NCBI GenBank assembly: GCA_963787835.1
Contig: CAWBEI010000002.1
Location: 1,344,001-1,408,000 of the forward strand
From: Ignavibacteriota bacterium
GTDB lineage: Bacteria; Bacteroidota; Ignavibacteria; Palsa-1295
Direction: 5' to 3'
Length of the DNA: 64,000 bases
Shown: one piece after another, positions 45,197 through 54,830 of the stretch
Position numbering within the stretch: the stretch's first letter is position 1
Layout: every line of letters begins with the position of its first letter
Notes under the pieces: generated by a model
Database searches by the model: none
What the model saw: the letters and a program-made list of their open reading frames with translations, nothing else
Told to the model about the DNA's origin: nothing
Translations under genes and position numbers: made by a program

Positions 45197-45883
45197 ATGA
45201 ATAGAAAAATAAGTTACTGCTGGGTACTGATGTTTAGCTTTATGCTAAGCTACGCTCTTCTCGGTTGCGATGAAGGCCCTAAAGTAATGCCAAGCACGGC
45301 GAACGCTCCTATCACCGGCGCGGATAAACCGGGGCAGGTCAGCTACAATACATCCATGAATTTTTCTGCGAGCGGGATTCTGCGTGCCATTCTTCATGCG
45401 GGCCGCGTGGAAACATTCGAAACGAAACACTACACATGGCTCGATAGCAACGTCCGCGTGGATTTTTACAATAAGGAAGGCGTGCATTCGAGCGTGCTGA
45501 CTTCACGAAGCGCGAGGGTCAACACGTTGAACAATAATATGACGGCCTACGACCATGTGCATATCCTGAGCGATTCGGGAACTACGGTCGATACCGATTC
45601 CCTTGAATGGGAGAACCAGGCGCAACTTATTCATTCCGATGCGCCAGTTCATATCGTGGAAAAAAGTGGGCGTGTTACGGATGGCATTGGTTTCGAAAGC
45701 GATCAGAATTTGGAACATTATCACATTTTGCATCCCACCATTGTTGCTCCGGCTGGTACGTTCGAATCGCACAAACCCTCGGAGAATTCGCTAAAACCAC
45801 CATCGCCCGAAGTTCCCGGCGCACATGCCATGCAAGCAGCCCCGTTAGGCGTGCCATTCGATTCGCTACACAAAGCGCGATAA
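45197..45883 (+). CDS. lptC: LPS export ABC transporter periplasmic protein LptC
   Basis: Lipoprotein-like N-terminus, VDFYN, DTDSLEWEN, GIGFESDQNL; follows kdsA-kdsD. Confidence 0.82.
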   Translation: MNRKISYCWVLMFSFMLSYALLGCDEGPKVMPSTANAPITGADKPGQVSYNTSMNFSASGILRAILHAGRVETFETKHYTWLDSNVRVDFYNKEGVHSSVLTSRSARVNTLNNNMTAYDHVHILSDSGTTVDTDSLEWENQAQLIHSDAPVHIVEKSGRVTDGIGFESDQNLEHYHILHPTIVAPAGTFESHKPSENSLKPPSPEVPGAHAMQAAPLGVPFDSLHKAR

Positions 45884-45891
45884 TCTAACCA

Positions 45892-46055
45892 TGTCATCCT
45901 GAGCGGAGCAAGACGCAGCGACAGCGTCGGATTGCGCAGTCGAAGGATCTCCGGACATTCACCACCAAGCCAAACTACACGAGATCCTTCGACTCCGTTT
46001 TTCTCTCCCAGCATCGTGGGCGATGCGGTCGAGAAAAACTCCGCTTAGGATGACA
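45892..46055. repeat. palindromic element family B, second copy
   Basis: Same frame and similar central spacer as 45045-45190, with different nested arm hairpins. Confidence 0.9.
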
Positions 46056-46066
46056 CCTAATACTAA

Positions 46067-46387
46067 TCAGAGATACATTTTGGACGAGGCATAAAGCGGC
46101 TTTATATCCTGAAGTACAAATTTGCGAACGAGGGGTTTTAAACCGTTCTTCGTAACAAGGTCAACTCTTTTCCCAAAAATATTCTGTAGCTCACGCTGTA
46201 ATTTTGAATAACCAATGAGGCCGATGGAAGCATTTGGCAAAAATTCCACGAGCAAGTCAATGTCGCTATCCATGCGCTCATCCCCGCGAGCCTGAGAGCC
46301 GAACAGTGAAAGTTCCTTCACTTCATATTGCTTGCAGAGCAATTCGAGCTTCTCGGAGGAGACATTCAGGCCTGCGATTTGTGTCAT
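46067..46387 (-). CDS. minimal nucleotidyltransferase (MNT)
   Basis: LSLFGSQARGDERMDSDIDLLVEF and GKRVDLVT. Confidence 0.88.
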   Translation of the reverse strand: MTQIAGLNVSSEKLELLCKQYEVKELSLFGSQARGDERMDSDIDLLVEFLPNASIGLIGYSKLQRELQNIFGKRVDLVTKNGLKPLVRKFVLQDIKPLYASSKMYL

Positions 46388-46425
46388 GACTCTATAACGG
46401 ATTCCAGCACGGGCGGGTTCAGGAG

Positions 46426-47706
46426 CTAATTCAGTTCCATTGCCGTTCGCTGCAGATGCCCATTCACTTGCACGATGCACTCATACATTCCGGCTGGCAA
46501 ACCGTTCGCATCCCAGGTGAAGATATGCGTTCCCGCATCCAACTCACCCCAAAAAATGTGCGCAACAGTAGCGCCGAGGATATTCACGATCGCCACGGTC
46601 GCCACGCCGCTTTCGGGTGTGGTGAAGCTAATTGTTGTGGATTGGGTGAATGGGTTGGGATAACTTGTTAGGGAATTTTCTGTTGAAGCGACGTTTGAGA
46701 CGGCGCTGATGCCGAAATCGGAAAGAGGGCGGCGCCAAACACCACTATCGGTTCCAGCAAATAAATAACCATCGGCTACAGTGAGCGAATAAACATTTGT
46801 ATCCGTCAGCCCTGAATTTTCGGCAGACCAGCTCTTGCCATTGTTAGCCAGCAAATATACACCTCCGCCGAGAACACCAGCAAAAAGATTCGATCCGCTT
46901 ACAGCAACTGATGAAACTGGCCCACTGTTAGTTGGAAAGCCATTATCTTCACTCTTCCAGCTTTTCCCGCTATCAGTTGATTGAAAAATTCTACCCTCAT
47001 TCACTTCTGGGTTACTGACTCCAGCAAAGAGATTGGATCTGGTCACTGCAAATGGAGTGACGGCAGTGTTTGGTAATCCGTTGCTTGCCGCAGTCCAACT
47101 TGTACCATTGTCTGTGGAGAGAAAAACGCCTCCGTCATCGACATTGCCGGTTCCTGCAAAAAAATCATTACCATTTACGGCAAGGGCATACACAAACTGG
47201 TTGGTTGGTAAACCGTTCTCAACCTGTTCCCAGCTTGCGCCTTCGTTGGTTGAGAGAAATAAACCGGCTCCAGTGGCTGCGAAGAGATTGGTGTCGATGA
47301 CTGCGAACGCAATGACACCATTCAGTACATTGTTAGTCGAGAAGCCTTTACTCATCTCCTTCCAGCTTATGCCATTATTGGTGGAACGAAAAACACCACC
47401 GCTGTCACTGCTTAATCCAGCAAAGAGATTGGTGCCACTTACTGCAAAGGCTTGAATTAGGCAAAGGTTGGGAGAGTAAGGTAATTCGAATCGCAAGCCA
47501 TTACTCTCCGCAGACCAGTTTGTGCCACTATCGGTCGAGAGAAAAACGCCGCTATCCGTTCCAACAAACAGATTCACTCCATTTGGTAGAAAAGCATAGA
47601 CATAATGATTCACTAAACCCACCTGCACCCACTGCCCACTCGCATTCTGCGCAGCACAGAGTGCAAGCATAAGAACCGCAACGATAAGCGCGAATCTCTT
47701 TTTCAT
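46426..47706 (-). CDS. secreted BNR/Asp-box repeat protein with T9SS C-terminal domain
   Basis: Repeated LFAG...GVFLSTDNGTSW units, GVWRRPLSD and YPNPF...GMYECIV. Confidence 0.85.
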   Translation of the reverse strand: MKKRFALIVAVLMLALCAAQNASGQWVQVGLVNHYVYAFLPNGVNLFVGTDSGVFLSTDSGTNWSAESNGLRFELPYSPNLCLIQAFAVSGTNLFAGLSSDSGGVFRSTNNGISWKEMSKGFSTNNVLNGVIAFAVIDTNLFAATGAGLFLSTNEGASWEQVENGLPTNQFVYALAVNGNDFFAGTGNVDDGGVFLSTDNGTSWTAASNGLPNTAVTPFAVTRSNLFAGVSNPEVNEGRIFQSTDSGKSWKSEDNGFPTNSGPVSSVAVSGSNLFAGVLGGGVYLLANNGKSWSAENSGLTDTNVYSLTVADGYLFAGTDSGVWRRPLSDFGISAVSNVASTENSLTSYPNPFTQSTTISFTTPESGVATVAIVNILGATVAHIFWGELDAGTHIFTWDANGLPAGMYECIVQVNGHLQRTAMELN

Positions 47707-47710
47707 GCCA

Positions 47711-47718
47711 CAAACTTA
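47711..47718 (-). promoter_or_regulatory. -7 promoter box (TAAGTTTG), probably leaderless transcript
   Basis: cgTAAGTTTG ends 4 nt before the ATG at 47706. Confidence 0.45.
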
Positions 47719-47769
47719 CGGCGGGAAATGGGGTGGGCGGTGAAATTTTGAGTGGGGGTGGCACTTGCG

Positions 47770-47903
47770 GTCGTTGCGAGAAGGAATCACGGAGCGAAGC
47801 GGAGTGATTCCTTCGAAGCAATCCGTCGCGATTTAGCGTAAACTCAACGGATTGCTTCGTCGAATCACACTCCCTTCGGTCGTGAGATTCTCCTCGCAAT
47901 GAC
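47770..47903. repeat. palindromic element family A, inverted second copy
   Basis: Reverse complement reads GTCATTGCGAGGAGAATC...GATTCGACGAAGCAATC...GATTGCTTCG...GTGATTCCTTCTCGCAACGAC. Confidence 0.9.
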
Positions 47904-47966
47904 GTGATTAAAAACGTAATGAAAGATGCAATATTAATCTTTCATGATACGAAGTACGATTAATCG

Positions 47967-47974
47967 TATATTTG
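47967..47974 (+). promoter_or_regulatory. -7 promoter box (TATATTTG) for pcrA/uvrD
   Basis: cgTATATTTG about 55 bp upstream of the ATG. Confidence 0.55.
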
Positions 47975-48028
47975 TGTTCGTGCGTTTGAATTTATAATAA
48001 CTCAGCACTTTCTAACTTTCCCCAACCC

Positions 48029-50359
48029 ATGTCGAAAATACTGGCCGGTCTGAATCCGGCGCAGCGAGAAGCCGTCTCGAACGTGAGCGGCCCGGTGATG
48101 ATCGTGGCCGGCGCCGGCTCGGGCAAGACGCGTGTGCTCACGCACCGGATCGCGCTCCTGCTCGAACGCGGCGTGCGCCCGTGGGAAGTGCTCGCGCTGA
48201 CCTTCACCAACAAGGCCGCGAACGAGATGAAGGTGCGCATCGCGACCCTGCTCGATGAAATGAGCGATACCGCGCTGCCGGAAATGGGCCCCGATCTTGC
48301 GCGCGATCTCTGGATGGGAACGTTTCATTCCATCTTTGCGCGCATTCTTCGCAAGAATGCTGTCGCGCTCGGCTATACTTCCAGCTTCACCATTTACGAC
48401 AGCAACGATTCCCTCGGCACGATCAAACAGGCGATGAACTCGCTGAGTATTTCGAAGGATCAGTTCAATCCGAGCGCGGTTCGATCTCGTATTTCGAGTG
48501 CGAAGAATCAGATGGTCTCGCCGGAAGAATACGAGCGTATGGCGCGCGATGTTTTTTCCGAGCAGGTTGCAAAAATTTATCCGGAATACACGCGTGCGCT
48601 CAAAATGTCGAACGCGATGGATTTCGACGATCTTTTGCTCAAGACCGTCGAACTCTTCGATCGCAATCCGGACATTCTCGCGCAATATCAGCATAAGTTC
48701 CATTATATCCTGGTCGATGAATATCAGGATACGAACCGCGTGCAATATGCGATCATCAAACGCTTGGCGGGAAAGCATGGTAATCTTACCGTGGTAGGTG
48801 ACGATGCCCAGTCCATCTACGCCTTCCGTGGCGCGGAGATCGGCAACATCCTCGATTTTGAACGGGATTTCCCCGGCGCGCTCACGTTCCGATTGGAGCA
48901 AAATTATCGTTCCACGAAATCTATTCTTGCCGTCGCGGATGAACTGATAAAGAACAATAAGGGGCAGATCCCAAAAACGCTCTTCACCGAAAACGTGCGA
49001 GGCGAGCCGGTTCGCATCACGCAATGTTTGGATGAACGCGACGAGGCAAGTTCCGTCGTTCGCGCTATCGAAGATGAAATTCGGAAATCCAAGCTCGATC
49101 TGAAAGATTTCGCCGTGCTTTTTCGCACCAATGCTCAGAGTCGCGCGATTGAAGACGGTTTGCGTCGTCAAGGCATTCCTTATACCATCGTTGGTGGCAC
49201 GGCATTTTACAAGCGCAAAGAAATCAAGGATGTGCTGGGGTACGTGCGTTTGCTTGTTAATCCGAACGATACGGAAAGCCTTGCGCGCGTGATCAACAAC
49301 CCTCCGCGCGGCATTGGCGCAACAACGATGGAGCACGTTGCGCTTCATGCGCGCAATCACGATCAAAGCATGATGCAGGCGCTCTCAGCTATCGAATTCG
49401 TAGGCGGCGTGCAAAGTCGCGCAGTGCAGCGCATTCGTGAATTCACACGGCTCATTCGGAAATATACGGAGTTGAGAGATAAAATGTCGGTGAGTGAACT
49501 CTTGCGCGCGCTTATCGATGAAACCGGAATGCTGCAAGAGCTGAAGCTCGAAAACACCATCGAGGCGATGACGCGGCGGGAGAATATCCAGGAATTCCTC
49601 TCTGCCGTCACCGATTATTTCCATGAACAGCCGGATGCAACATTGGAATCATTCCTTGAAGAAGTTGCGCTTTTGAGCGAGGTCGATCAGACGGATGGAA
49701 CGAAAAATGTCGTTACACTAATGACGCTTCATGCCGCAAAAGGATTGGAATATCCCGTGGTGTGCATCACGGGGCTGGAGGACGGTCTGTTCCCAAGCGT
49801 GCCCGTTGGCGTGAGTCGCGAGCCAAGCGAGATCGAGGAAGAACGCCGTTTGTTTTACGTTGGCATCACGCGTGCGATGCGCCGGTGCTTCATATTCTAC
49901 GCGCAGGAACGGCTGCGGTTTGGAGAAACGACGCGCGCCTTGCAATCGCGATTTATCGAGGAGATCGAAAAATCCGGTTCGACGGAACACGTTACCAGCT
50001 TTGGAACGAAACCTCAAACACGTAAGCCCTTTGACGATGGTTACGAAAGCGACCGCCCATCGACTTCGCACCTCTTCTCGGGCTCGCCTGTTGTGAATGG
50101 CCGCACGTTCACCCGTAAGCGCCGCGAACATGCTGCGAAAGATAGAACGTCCTACGAAGATCAGACCAGTTATTCGCAGATCGAGAGCGATCACACGTCG
50201 CCGATCGCGCGCGGGTCTCGTGTGTATCATGAAACGTTCGGGGAGGGCCGAATCATCGAAGTGCGCGGCGCAGGCGATAAAGCCAAAGCGACGGTAGAAT
50301 TCCAAAAATTCGGCAGAAAGAATCTGATGCTCAAATTTGCGAATTTGAAGGCGATGTAA
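48029..50359 (+). CDS. pcrA: SF1 DNA helicase PcrA/UvrD
   Basis: AGAGSGKT, TFTNKAA, VDEYQD, QNYRST, TLHAAKGLE, YVGITRA and C-terminal Tudor-like domain. Confidence 0.95.
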   Translation: MSKILAGLNPAQREAVSNVSGPVMIVAGAGSGKTRVLTHRIALLLERGVRPWEVLALTFTNKAANEMKVRIATLLDEMSDTALPEMGPDLARDLWMGTFHSIFARILRKNAVALGYTSSFTIYDSNDSLGTIKQAMNSLSISKDQFNPSAVRSRISSAKNQMVSPEEYERMARDVFSEQVAKIYPEYTRALKMSNAMDFDDLLLKTVELFDRNPDILAQYQHKFHYILVDEYQDTNRVQYAIIKRLAGKHGNLTVVGDDAQSIYAFRGAEIGNILDFERDFPGALTFRLEQNYRSTKSILAVADELIKNNKGQIPKTLFTENVRGEPVRITQCLDERDEASSVVRAIEDEIRKSKLDLKDFAVLFRTNAQSRAIEDGLRRQGIPYTIVGGTAFYKRKEIKDVLGYVRLLVNPNDTESLARVINNPPRGIGATTMEHVALHARNHDQSMMQALSAIEFVGGVQSRAVQRIREFTRLIRKYTELRDKMSVSELLRALIDETGMLQELKLENTIEAMTRRENIQEFLSAVTDYFHEQPDATLESFLEEVALLSEVDQTDGTKNVVTLMTLHAAKGLEYPVVCITGLEDGLFPSVPVGVSREPSEIEEERRLFYVGITRAMRRCFIFYAQERLRFGETTRALQSRFIEEIEKSGSTEHVTSFGTKPQTRKPFDDGYESDRPSTSHLFSGSPVVNGRTFTRKRREHAAKDRTSYEDQTSYSQIESDHTSPIARGSRVYHETFGEGRIIEVRGAGDKAKATVEFQKFGRKNLMLKFANLKAM

Positions 50360-50391
50360 CCGCCGAACGTTTATCGCTTTCTACTGTTAAC

Positions 50392-50417
50392 AATAAGGTG
50401 GGAAATCCCACCTTATT
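50392..50417. promoter_or_regulatory. perfect 12-bp inverted repeat, putative antitoxin operator
   Basis: AATAAGGTGGGA-AA-TCCCACCTTATT, ending 4 bp before the antitoxin ATG. Confidence 0.6.
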
Positions 50418-50421
50418 AAAC

Positions 50422-50739
50422 ATGAAGACCAAACGATACCGAACAGCAGAAAAACCAGCGAAAATAAAACGCAGTCCCAAGCGCGCGCCAGTGCGTACCT
50501 ACGAAGGCAAGCTCGATGAAAAGAAACGTCTTGTCATACGAGGCGCACGGCATAAATATTACCACGTTCGTGAGGAGCCGAACGGCATGATCGTACTGAC
50601 GCCACAGACTCTTGTGGATGTCGGTATCTCACCCAGAGCATTGGCGATGCTTGACTCATCGGTCGCAAATTTTAAGAAAGGAATCGTATCTGAAGTGATC
50701 GATCTTTCAAAATACCGAAAAAGGTTTTCATCTAAATGA
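50422..50739 (+). CDS. putative AbrB/MraZ-like antitoxin
   Basis: KLDEKKRLVIR...NGMIVLTP swapped-hairpin pattern; ATGA overlap with the next gene. Confidence 0.65.
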   Translation: MKTKRYRTAEKPAKIKRSPKRAPVRTYEGKLDEKKRLVIRGARHKYYHVREEPNGMIVLTPQTLVDVGISPRALAMLDSSVANFKKGIVSEVIDLSKYRKRFSSK

Positions 50740-51110
50740 AATTTAACATTCGAATGGGCATACCGGAAGTCAAAACTCTTTGGGATGACCTTACGAATCG
50801 TGAGATGGTCGGACTGCTGGACTCCAAAGAATTGAAGTTTTTCAAGAAGCTGGCGAAGGCATTATTGCTAATTGAGGAAAATCCACGCCACAATAGTTTG
50901 CAGTCCCACGAGATTGTGCCTCTTTCAAGAAGAGTGGGATTTAAAGTATTTCAATCCTATTTAGAGAACAACACTCCCGCGGCAGGAAGAATATTTTGGG
51001 CGTATGGGCCGGGTAAGGGTGAAATTAGTATCTTATCGATTCAATCGCATCCAGAAGATAAAAAGTCTCTCGGATATGACGCGGTAAAACTATCGGCATT
51101 TCCCTCATAA
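50736..51110 (+). CDS. putative RelE/ParE-fold toxin
   Basis: KALLLIEENPRHNSLQSHE...AGRIFWAYGPG...ILSIQSHP. Confidence 0.65.
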   Translation: MKFNIRMGIPEVKTLWDDLTNREMVGLLDSKELKFFKKLAKALLLIEENPRHNSLQSHEIVPLSRRVGFKVFQSYLENNTPAAGRIFWAYGPGKGEISILSIQSHPEDKKSLGYDAVKLSAFPS

Positions 51111-51193
51111 TTCGCTCCCAAATTTTTCCGGCATTCATGCCGTGATCTTGATGTTCTATTAGTCGAAAACATTTTTTTGAACCCCATTACATA

Positions 51194-52234
51194 GTGGCAG
51201 CAGAAACCCGTTCCGGCTGGCGGAACACACAGCCGATCCAGCGCGAATCCATTACCGTGCAGCATCTGTACGATTCCATTCGGGATCGTTTTCGCCTTAC
51301 GCTGCTGGCCGGCAAGGAGGGGCTTTCGAATCTCATCACCGATAAAAGCCTGCACCGTCCGGGGCTGGCGCTGGCAGGATATGTGGGGCTTTTCACGTAT
51401 CACCGCATTCAGGTTTTTGGCAATACGGAGATCTTTTATTTGCGGTCTTTGCCGATGGAGGAGCGCATCAGGGCATTCTCCACCCTTGCTTCGTTCGCTA
51501 TTCCGTGCATTGTTATTACCAGCGGCAGCCAGCTCGATCGCGAACTGCTTGATATTTGCAACGAGCGTAAAATTCCCGTCTTTGTTTCGACGTTCGAGAC
51601 AACAAAGGCGATCTTTTTCCTCAGTGATTTTCTCGAGGATCAGTTCAATCCGCAGGCGGTGATTCACGGTGCGTTCGTGGATGTGTATGGCGTAGGGTTG
51701 CTCTTTGTTGGCAGAAGCGGCATCGGAAAATCGGAAGTAGCGCTGGACTTAATAGAACGCGGGCACCGGCTGGTGGCCGACGATGTGGTGATGGTCACGC
51801 AAAAAGGCGAGAACATCCTCATGGGTGCGGGAACCGATCTGGTGCGGCATTTCATGGAGATAAGGGGATTGGGCCTTATCAATGTGCGGGAGATGTTCGG
51901 TATTCGCGCAATTAGGTTCCAAAAGCGCGTCGAAGTGGTTGTGGAACTCGAAGAATGGCACGCCGATGGCGATTACACCCGCACGGGACTCGATGAATCC
52001 TCCGCGCAAATTCTGGGAGTTGAAGTTCCCCATGTGCGCTTGCCGATCATCACCGGAAAGAATATCACGGTGATCGCGGAAGTCATCGCGCTCAATTATT
52101 TGCTGAAGCATTATGGCTACGACGCCAGCCGCGAGTTCGCCGCGAAGCTCGAACAAGTCCTTGCCGAGCGCGGCGCGAAAAGCGCCCCCAAAGGCGATAG
52201 GGTGATCCCGTATTTCGAGCATGATTTCGAATAG
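51194..52234 (+). CDS. hprK: HPr(Ser) kinase/phosphorylase
   Basis: RPGLALAG, GRSGIGKSE, LVADD and MEIRGLGLIN. Confidence 0.95.
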   Translation: MAAETRSGWRNTQPIQRESITVQHLYDSIRDRFRLTLLAGKEGLSNLITDKSLHRPGLALAGYVGLFTYHRIQVFGNTEIFYLRSLPMEERIRAFSTLASFAIPCIVITSGSQLDRELLDICNERKIPVFVSTFETTKAIFFLSDFLEDQFNPQAVIHGAFVDVYGVGLLFVGRSGIGKSEVALDLIERGHRLVADDVVMVTQKGENILMGAGTDLVRHFMEIRGLGLINVREMFGIRAIRFQKRVEVVVELEEWHADGDYTRTGLDESSAQILGVEVPHVRLPIITGKNITVIAEVIALNYLLKHYGYDASREFAAKLEQVLAERGAKSAPKGDRVIPYFEHDFE

Positions 52235-52369
52235 GGGGCAGAACCGGGATTACGCGGATTGAGTAGGATTACACGGACGATTTTGGGGATTTTCCAGCGT
52301 AGAGCCTGCCCTGAGCTTGCCGAAGGGTCGGTGCTTCCATCGTGGGCGATTGAGCCAGCCCGACTCCCC

Positions 52370-52587
52370 AGCCACGGAGTGGCGATGTACCCAATAGCCC
52401 AGGGTGTAGGCGAAGCCGGAACCCTGGGTCGTGATTAGATTTTGTATTCCCTAGCCCTGAAAGGGCGATGTTTGGCCGCCGGGATTTTACAACGCCCTTT
52501 CAGGGCTTGGGAATTATTGTGGCCTCGTTAACCCAGGGTTACGCTGCGCTGCACCCTGGGCTGCGGGTACTCCATCGCTCCGCGACT
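52370..52587. repeat. palindromic element family D (CCCAGGGT..ACCCTGGG / GCCCTGAAAGGGCG..CGCCCTTTCAGGGC)
   Basis: Symmetric multi-hairpin between convergent genes, preceded by the fragment GCCTGCCCTGAGCTTGCCGAAGGG near 52304. Confidence 0.85.
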
Positions 52588-53320
52588 AAGATGCTTCGAC
52601 GGGATTTGGCCGATATACCGTCAATTCGCTACATTCTTTGGTGAAGCAATCCATGACAAAAGCTTTTGAGAAGTGAGTTTCAAATGCTACATCGGGTGGG
52701 AAATTCAGAACGCTCTCCATCGGGGACCACCATAAGCCGCTATGATGTATCAGAAGCCAACACTCGTCACAATTTTGTATGTAGTCAGAATACTTCTGAT
52801 TTTTGTTGCTGATGATCTGCTTTATCGTCTCTACTTCGTCCTTCCAATATCTTCCGTGGAAACCATGCGTGCTTCCTACGAATGGTGTCAAACCTTCATA
52901 AATATTTATAGCATAGAAGTACTGATCTAGGCCGTATTTGTTCATCAGAACCCATTCGTTAAATTTATTCTGAGTTGGCCATCCTGCGTCAGATAGGTCG
53001 CCCACATAGTTCCCGATATTTTCGGCTACCTCATTGAACATGCTTCTCGGAATATTGCGTTGCCCGAATATAGGCGAAATTGTCACATGAAATTTCTGAG
53101 CGATAGGTTTCAATAGTTCACGAAGAACGGCTTCGTGACTTTCCTTCTCCCTTATCTCAGAGAGCATAAACTCGGTGAGCTCAATGCCGATTTTTTTCGA
53201 GCCGACTTCAAGAATGAAGTCAGGATGCTCACATTTGGTTGCTTCTTCACTTAGTCCGATTTGTTGCAGAAAAAGCTTGACAACGTCTCTTTCTTCCATC
53301 TGCTGGTTTTCTCGATTCAT
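52586..53320 (-). CDS. hypothetical protein with PD-(D/E)xK-like motif
   Basis: EHPDFILEVGSKKIGIELTE and K..KYSDY...DECWLLI; AT-rich. Confidence 0.6.
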   Translation of the reverse strand: MNRENQQMEERDVVKLFLQQIGLSEEATKCEHPDFILEVGSKKIGIELTEFMLSEIREKESHEAVLRELLKPIAQKFHVTISPIFGQRNIPRSMFNEVAENIGNYVGDLSDAGWPTQNKFNEWVLMNKYGLDQYFYAINIYEGLTPFVGSTHGFHGRYWKDEVETIKQIISNKNQKYSDYIQNCDECWLLIHHSGLWWSPMESVLNFPPDVAFETHFSKAFVMDCFTKECSELTVYRPNPVEAS

Positions 53321-53326
53321 TCCCCT

Positions 53327-53383
53327 CTCCACAATCTTAATTTCTTCTTCCGTTAAACCGTAAAGCTCATAAACTAATTTATC
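53327..53383 (-). pseudogene. C-terminal remnant of a type IIG-like restriction-modification enzyme
   Basis: DKLVYELYGLTEEEIKIVE is the typical last motif of Eco57I-like fused RM proteins; no upstream gene body is present. Confidence 0.7.
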
Positions 53384-53408
53384 ACATGCAGCCGATTTCA
53401 ATACATCC

Positions 53409-54830
53409 TCACATTTGAAATACTCGTTTGCCTACGGTATAGACATACGTACTTGCCGGGGTAAACGTAAGGTTCACACCGTCTATCGTTTTGTAGTCTG
53501 ACTTATCGATCGTTGTTACCAGTGCGGAGTTGAGCCCGTTCAGAGTGCAGAACTTGAGCAAGGCGGTAAGCTGATGAGGGTTTTCAAAATAGCGGTTACT
53601 CCATTTTACTTCCACTGCCCAGTCGGGCTTCATAGTAGCGGCATTTACTCCGACCATATCCACTTCCCCCTTTTGCCATCTGGCATAATGAAGCTGCCGT
53701 TCCGGACGGTGTAACCATTGATCGAAGATCGCAGTCTCTACAAGATTCCCAAATGCGTCATCGTCGGACGTGACGGGTGAAAACAGCGCAGCACGCAGCG
53801 AGGTATTCGTGAGATAGACCTTAAACTGCTTTACTCGCTCGAAGCGCTTCGCCGTTTCGCTTATAGGCCGAACTCTCGTTATCAGGAATGCAGCCTCTAA
53901 GTATTCGATATATCGCTTTAGTGTTGCCTTTTCAACTCCTGATTTTTGACTGAGACTTTCGAGCGAAAGCTCGCGACCGGAGTTGAACGCAAGCATGGTA
54001 AAGAGTGCGTTTAATTCCTGCACGTCCCGTATTCCGTACAAACTTGGAAGATCTCTGAGGAGCACTTTGTCGATAATATCGTTCCTCACATAGCGAGCGG
54101 TGTCGGAAGCGATGGCCGCGCTCAACGTCACTTCCGGATAGCCTCCGAAGTTGACGTAATCGACGAAGTGTCTGTTCAGCTCCGCGATGTTATTTGTCTG
54201 ATAATAGCCTGTTCTGGATTTCCCATACTGTATTTTCGTTTCAAGAATGAGGTGGTTCAGGCCTTTTAGTTCCACGAACTCACTGAAGGTGAGTGGTGGT
54301 AAAATGAAATCTGTGAATCGGCCAGCACCGCTTTCGTTGCTCTTCATTCGAAGCGCTGCTGCCGCTGAACCAGAAGCGATGAAATGGGTTTCGGGATAAT
54401 CATCCACTAAGCGCTTTAGATGGACTTCCCATTCTTTCAGATACTGGATCTCATCGAAAAGGACATACCATCCCTTCGCATCGAGTTTACCGGTCGCTTT
54501 TCTCGAAAGTTTGAAGAGTTGATCGAGATCTTGTCCAAGGTAGATCGGGGTCTCGATCGAAAAGAATACGATCTTGAGCGGATCCACGCCGGAGTGAATG
54601 AGTCTTTGTATGGCATGGAATAGCATCACGGTCTTTCCAACCCTTCTCGGCCCCATCAGTACCAACGCCCGCCTTACGGATGGTTCGGCAAGGAGCCTCC
54701 AGAAAAGCTCCAGATAGGGCCGTGGATGCATATTTCCGTAAAAATCCTCGATTTTTAACGTTCTCCACCAAGGATTCTCAAATTGGAGTCTTTCCAGTAT
54801 TTGATCCTCAGAGTAATCTAAAAGTGCCAT
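53409..54830 (-). CDS. AAA_14-type ATPase with wHTH and DUF4143-like C-terminal domain
   Basis: NPWW, GPRRVGKT, FDEIQ, ASGS, GGYPE, GNLVET, EVD and AVEVKW. Confidence 0.88.
   Translation of the reverse strand: MALLDYSEDQILERLQFENPWWRTLKIEDFYGNMHPRPYLELFWRLLAEPSVRRALVLMGPRRVGKTVMLFHAIQRLIHSGVDPLKIVFFSIETPIYLGQDLDQLFKLSRKATGKLDAKGWYVLFDEIQYLKEWEVHLKRLVDDYPETHFIASGSAAAALRMKSNESGAGRFTDFILPPLTFSEFVELKGLNHLILETKIQYGKSRTGYYQTNNIAELNRHFVDYVNFGGYPEVTLSAAIASDTARYVRNDIIDKVLLRDLPSLYGIRDVQELNALFTMLAFNSGRELSLESLSQKSGVEKATLKRYIEYLEAAFLITRVRPISETAKRFERVKQFKVYLTNTSLRAALFSPVTSDDDAFGNLVETAIFDQWLHRPERQLHYARWQKGEVDMVGVNAATMKPDWAVEVKWSNRYFENPHQLTALLKFCTLNGLNSALVTTIDKSDYKTIDGVNLTFTPASTYVYTVGKRVFQM

Noticed and set aside
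45045-46055. Repeats flanking lptC as a composite transposon or CRISPR
   Set aside because: No transposase, no target-site duplication and no repeat-spacer periodicity; the cargo is a housekeeping gene in its usual position after kdsD.
46700-47620. Internal DNA repeats as a possible array or diversity-generating target
   Set aside because: They are coding BNR/Asp-box propeller blades; no RT or template repeat is present.
48002-49366. 454-aa antisense ORF
   Set aside because: Shadow of pcrA on the opposite strand; no motifs of its own.
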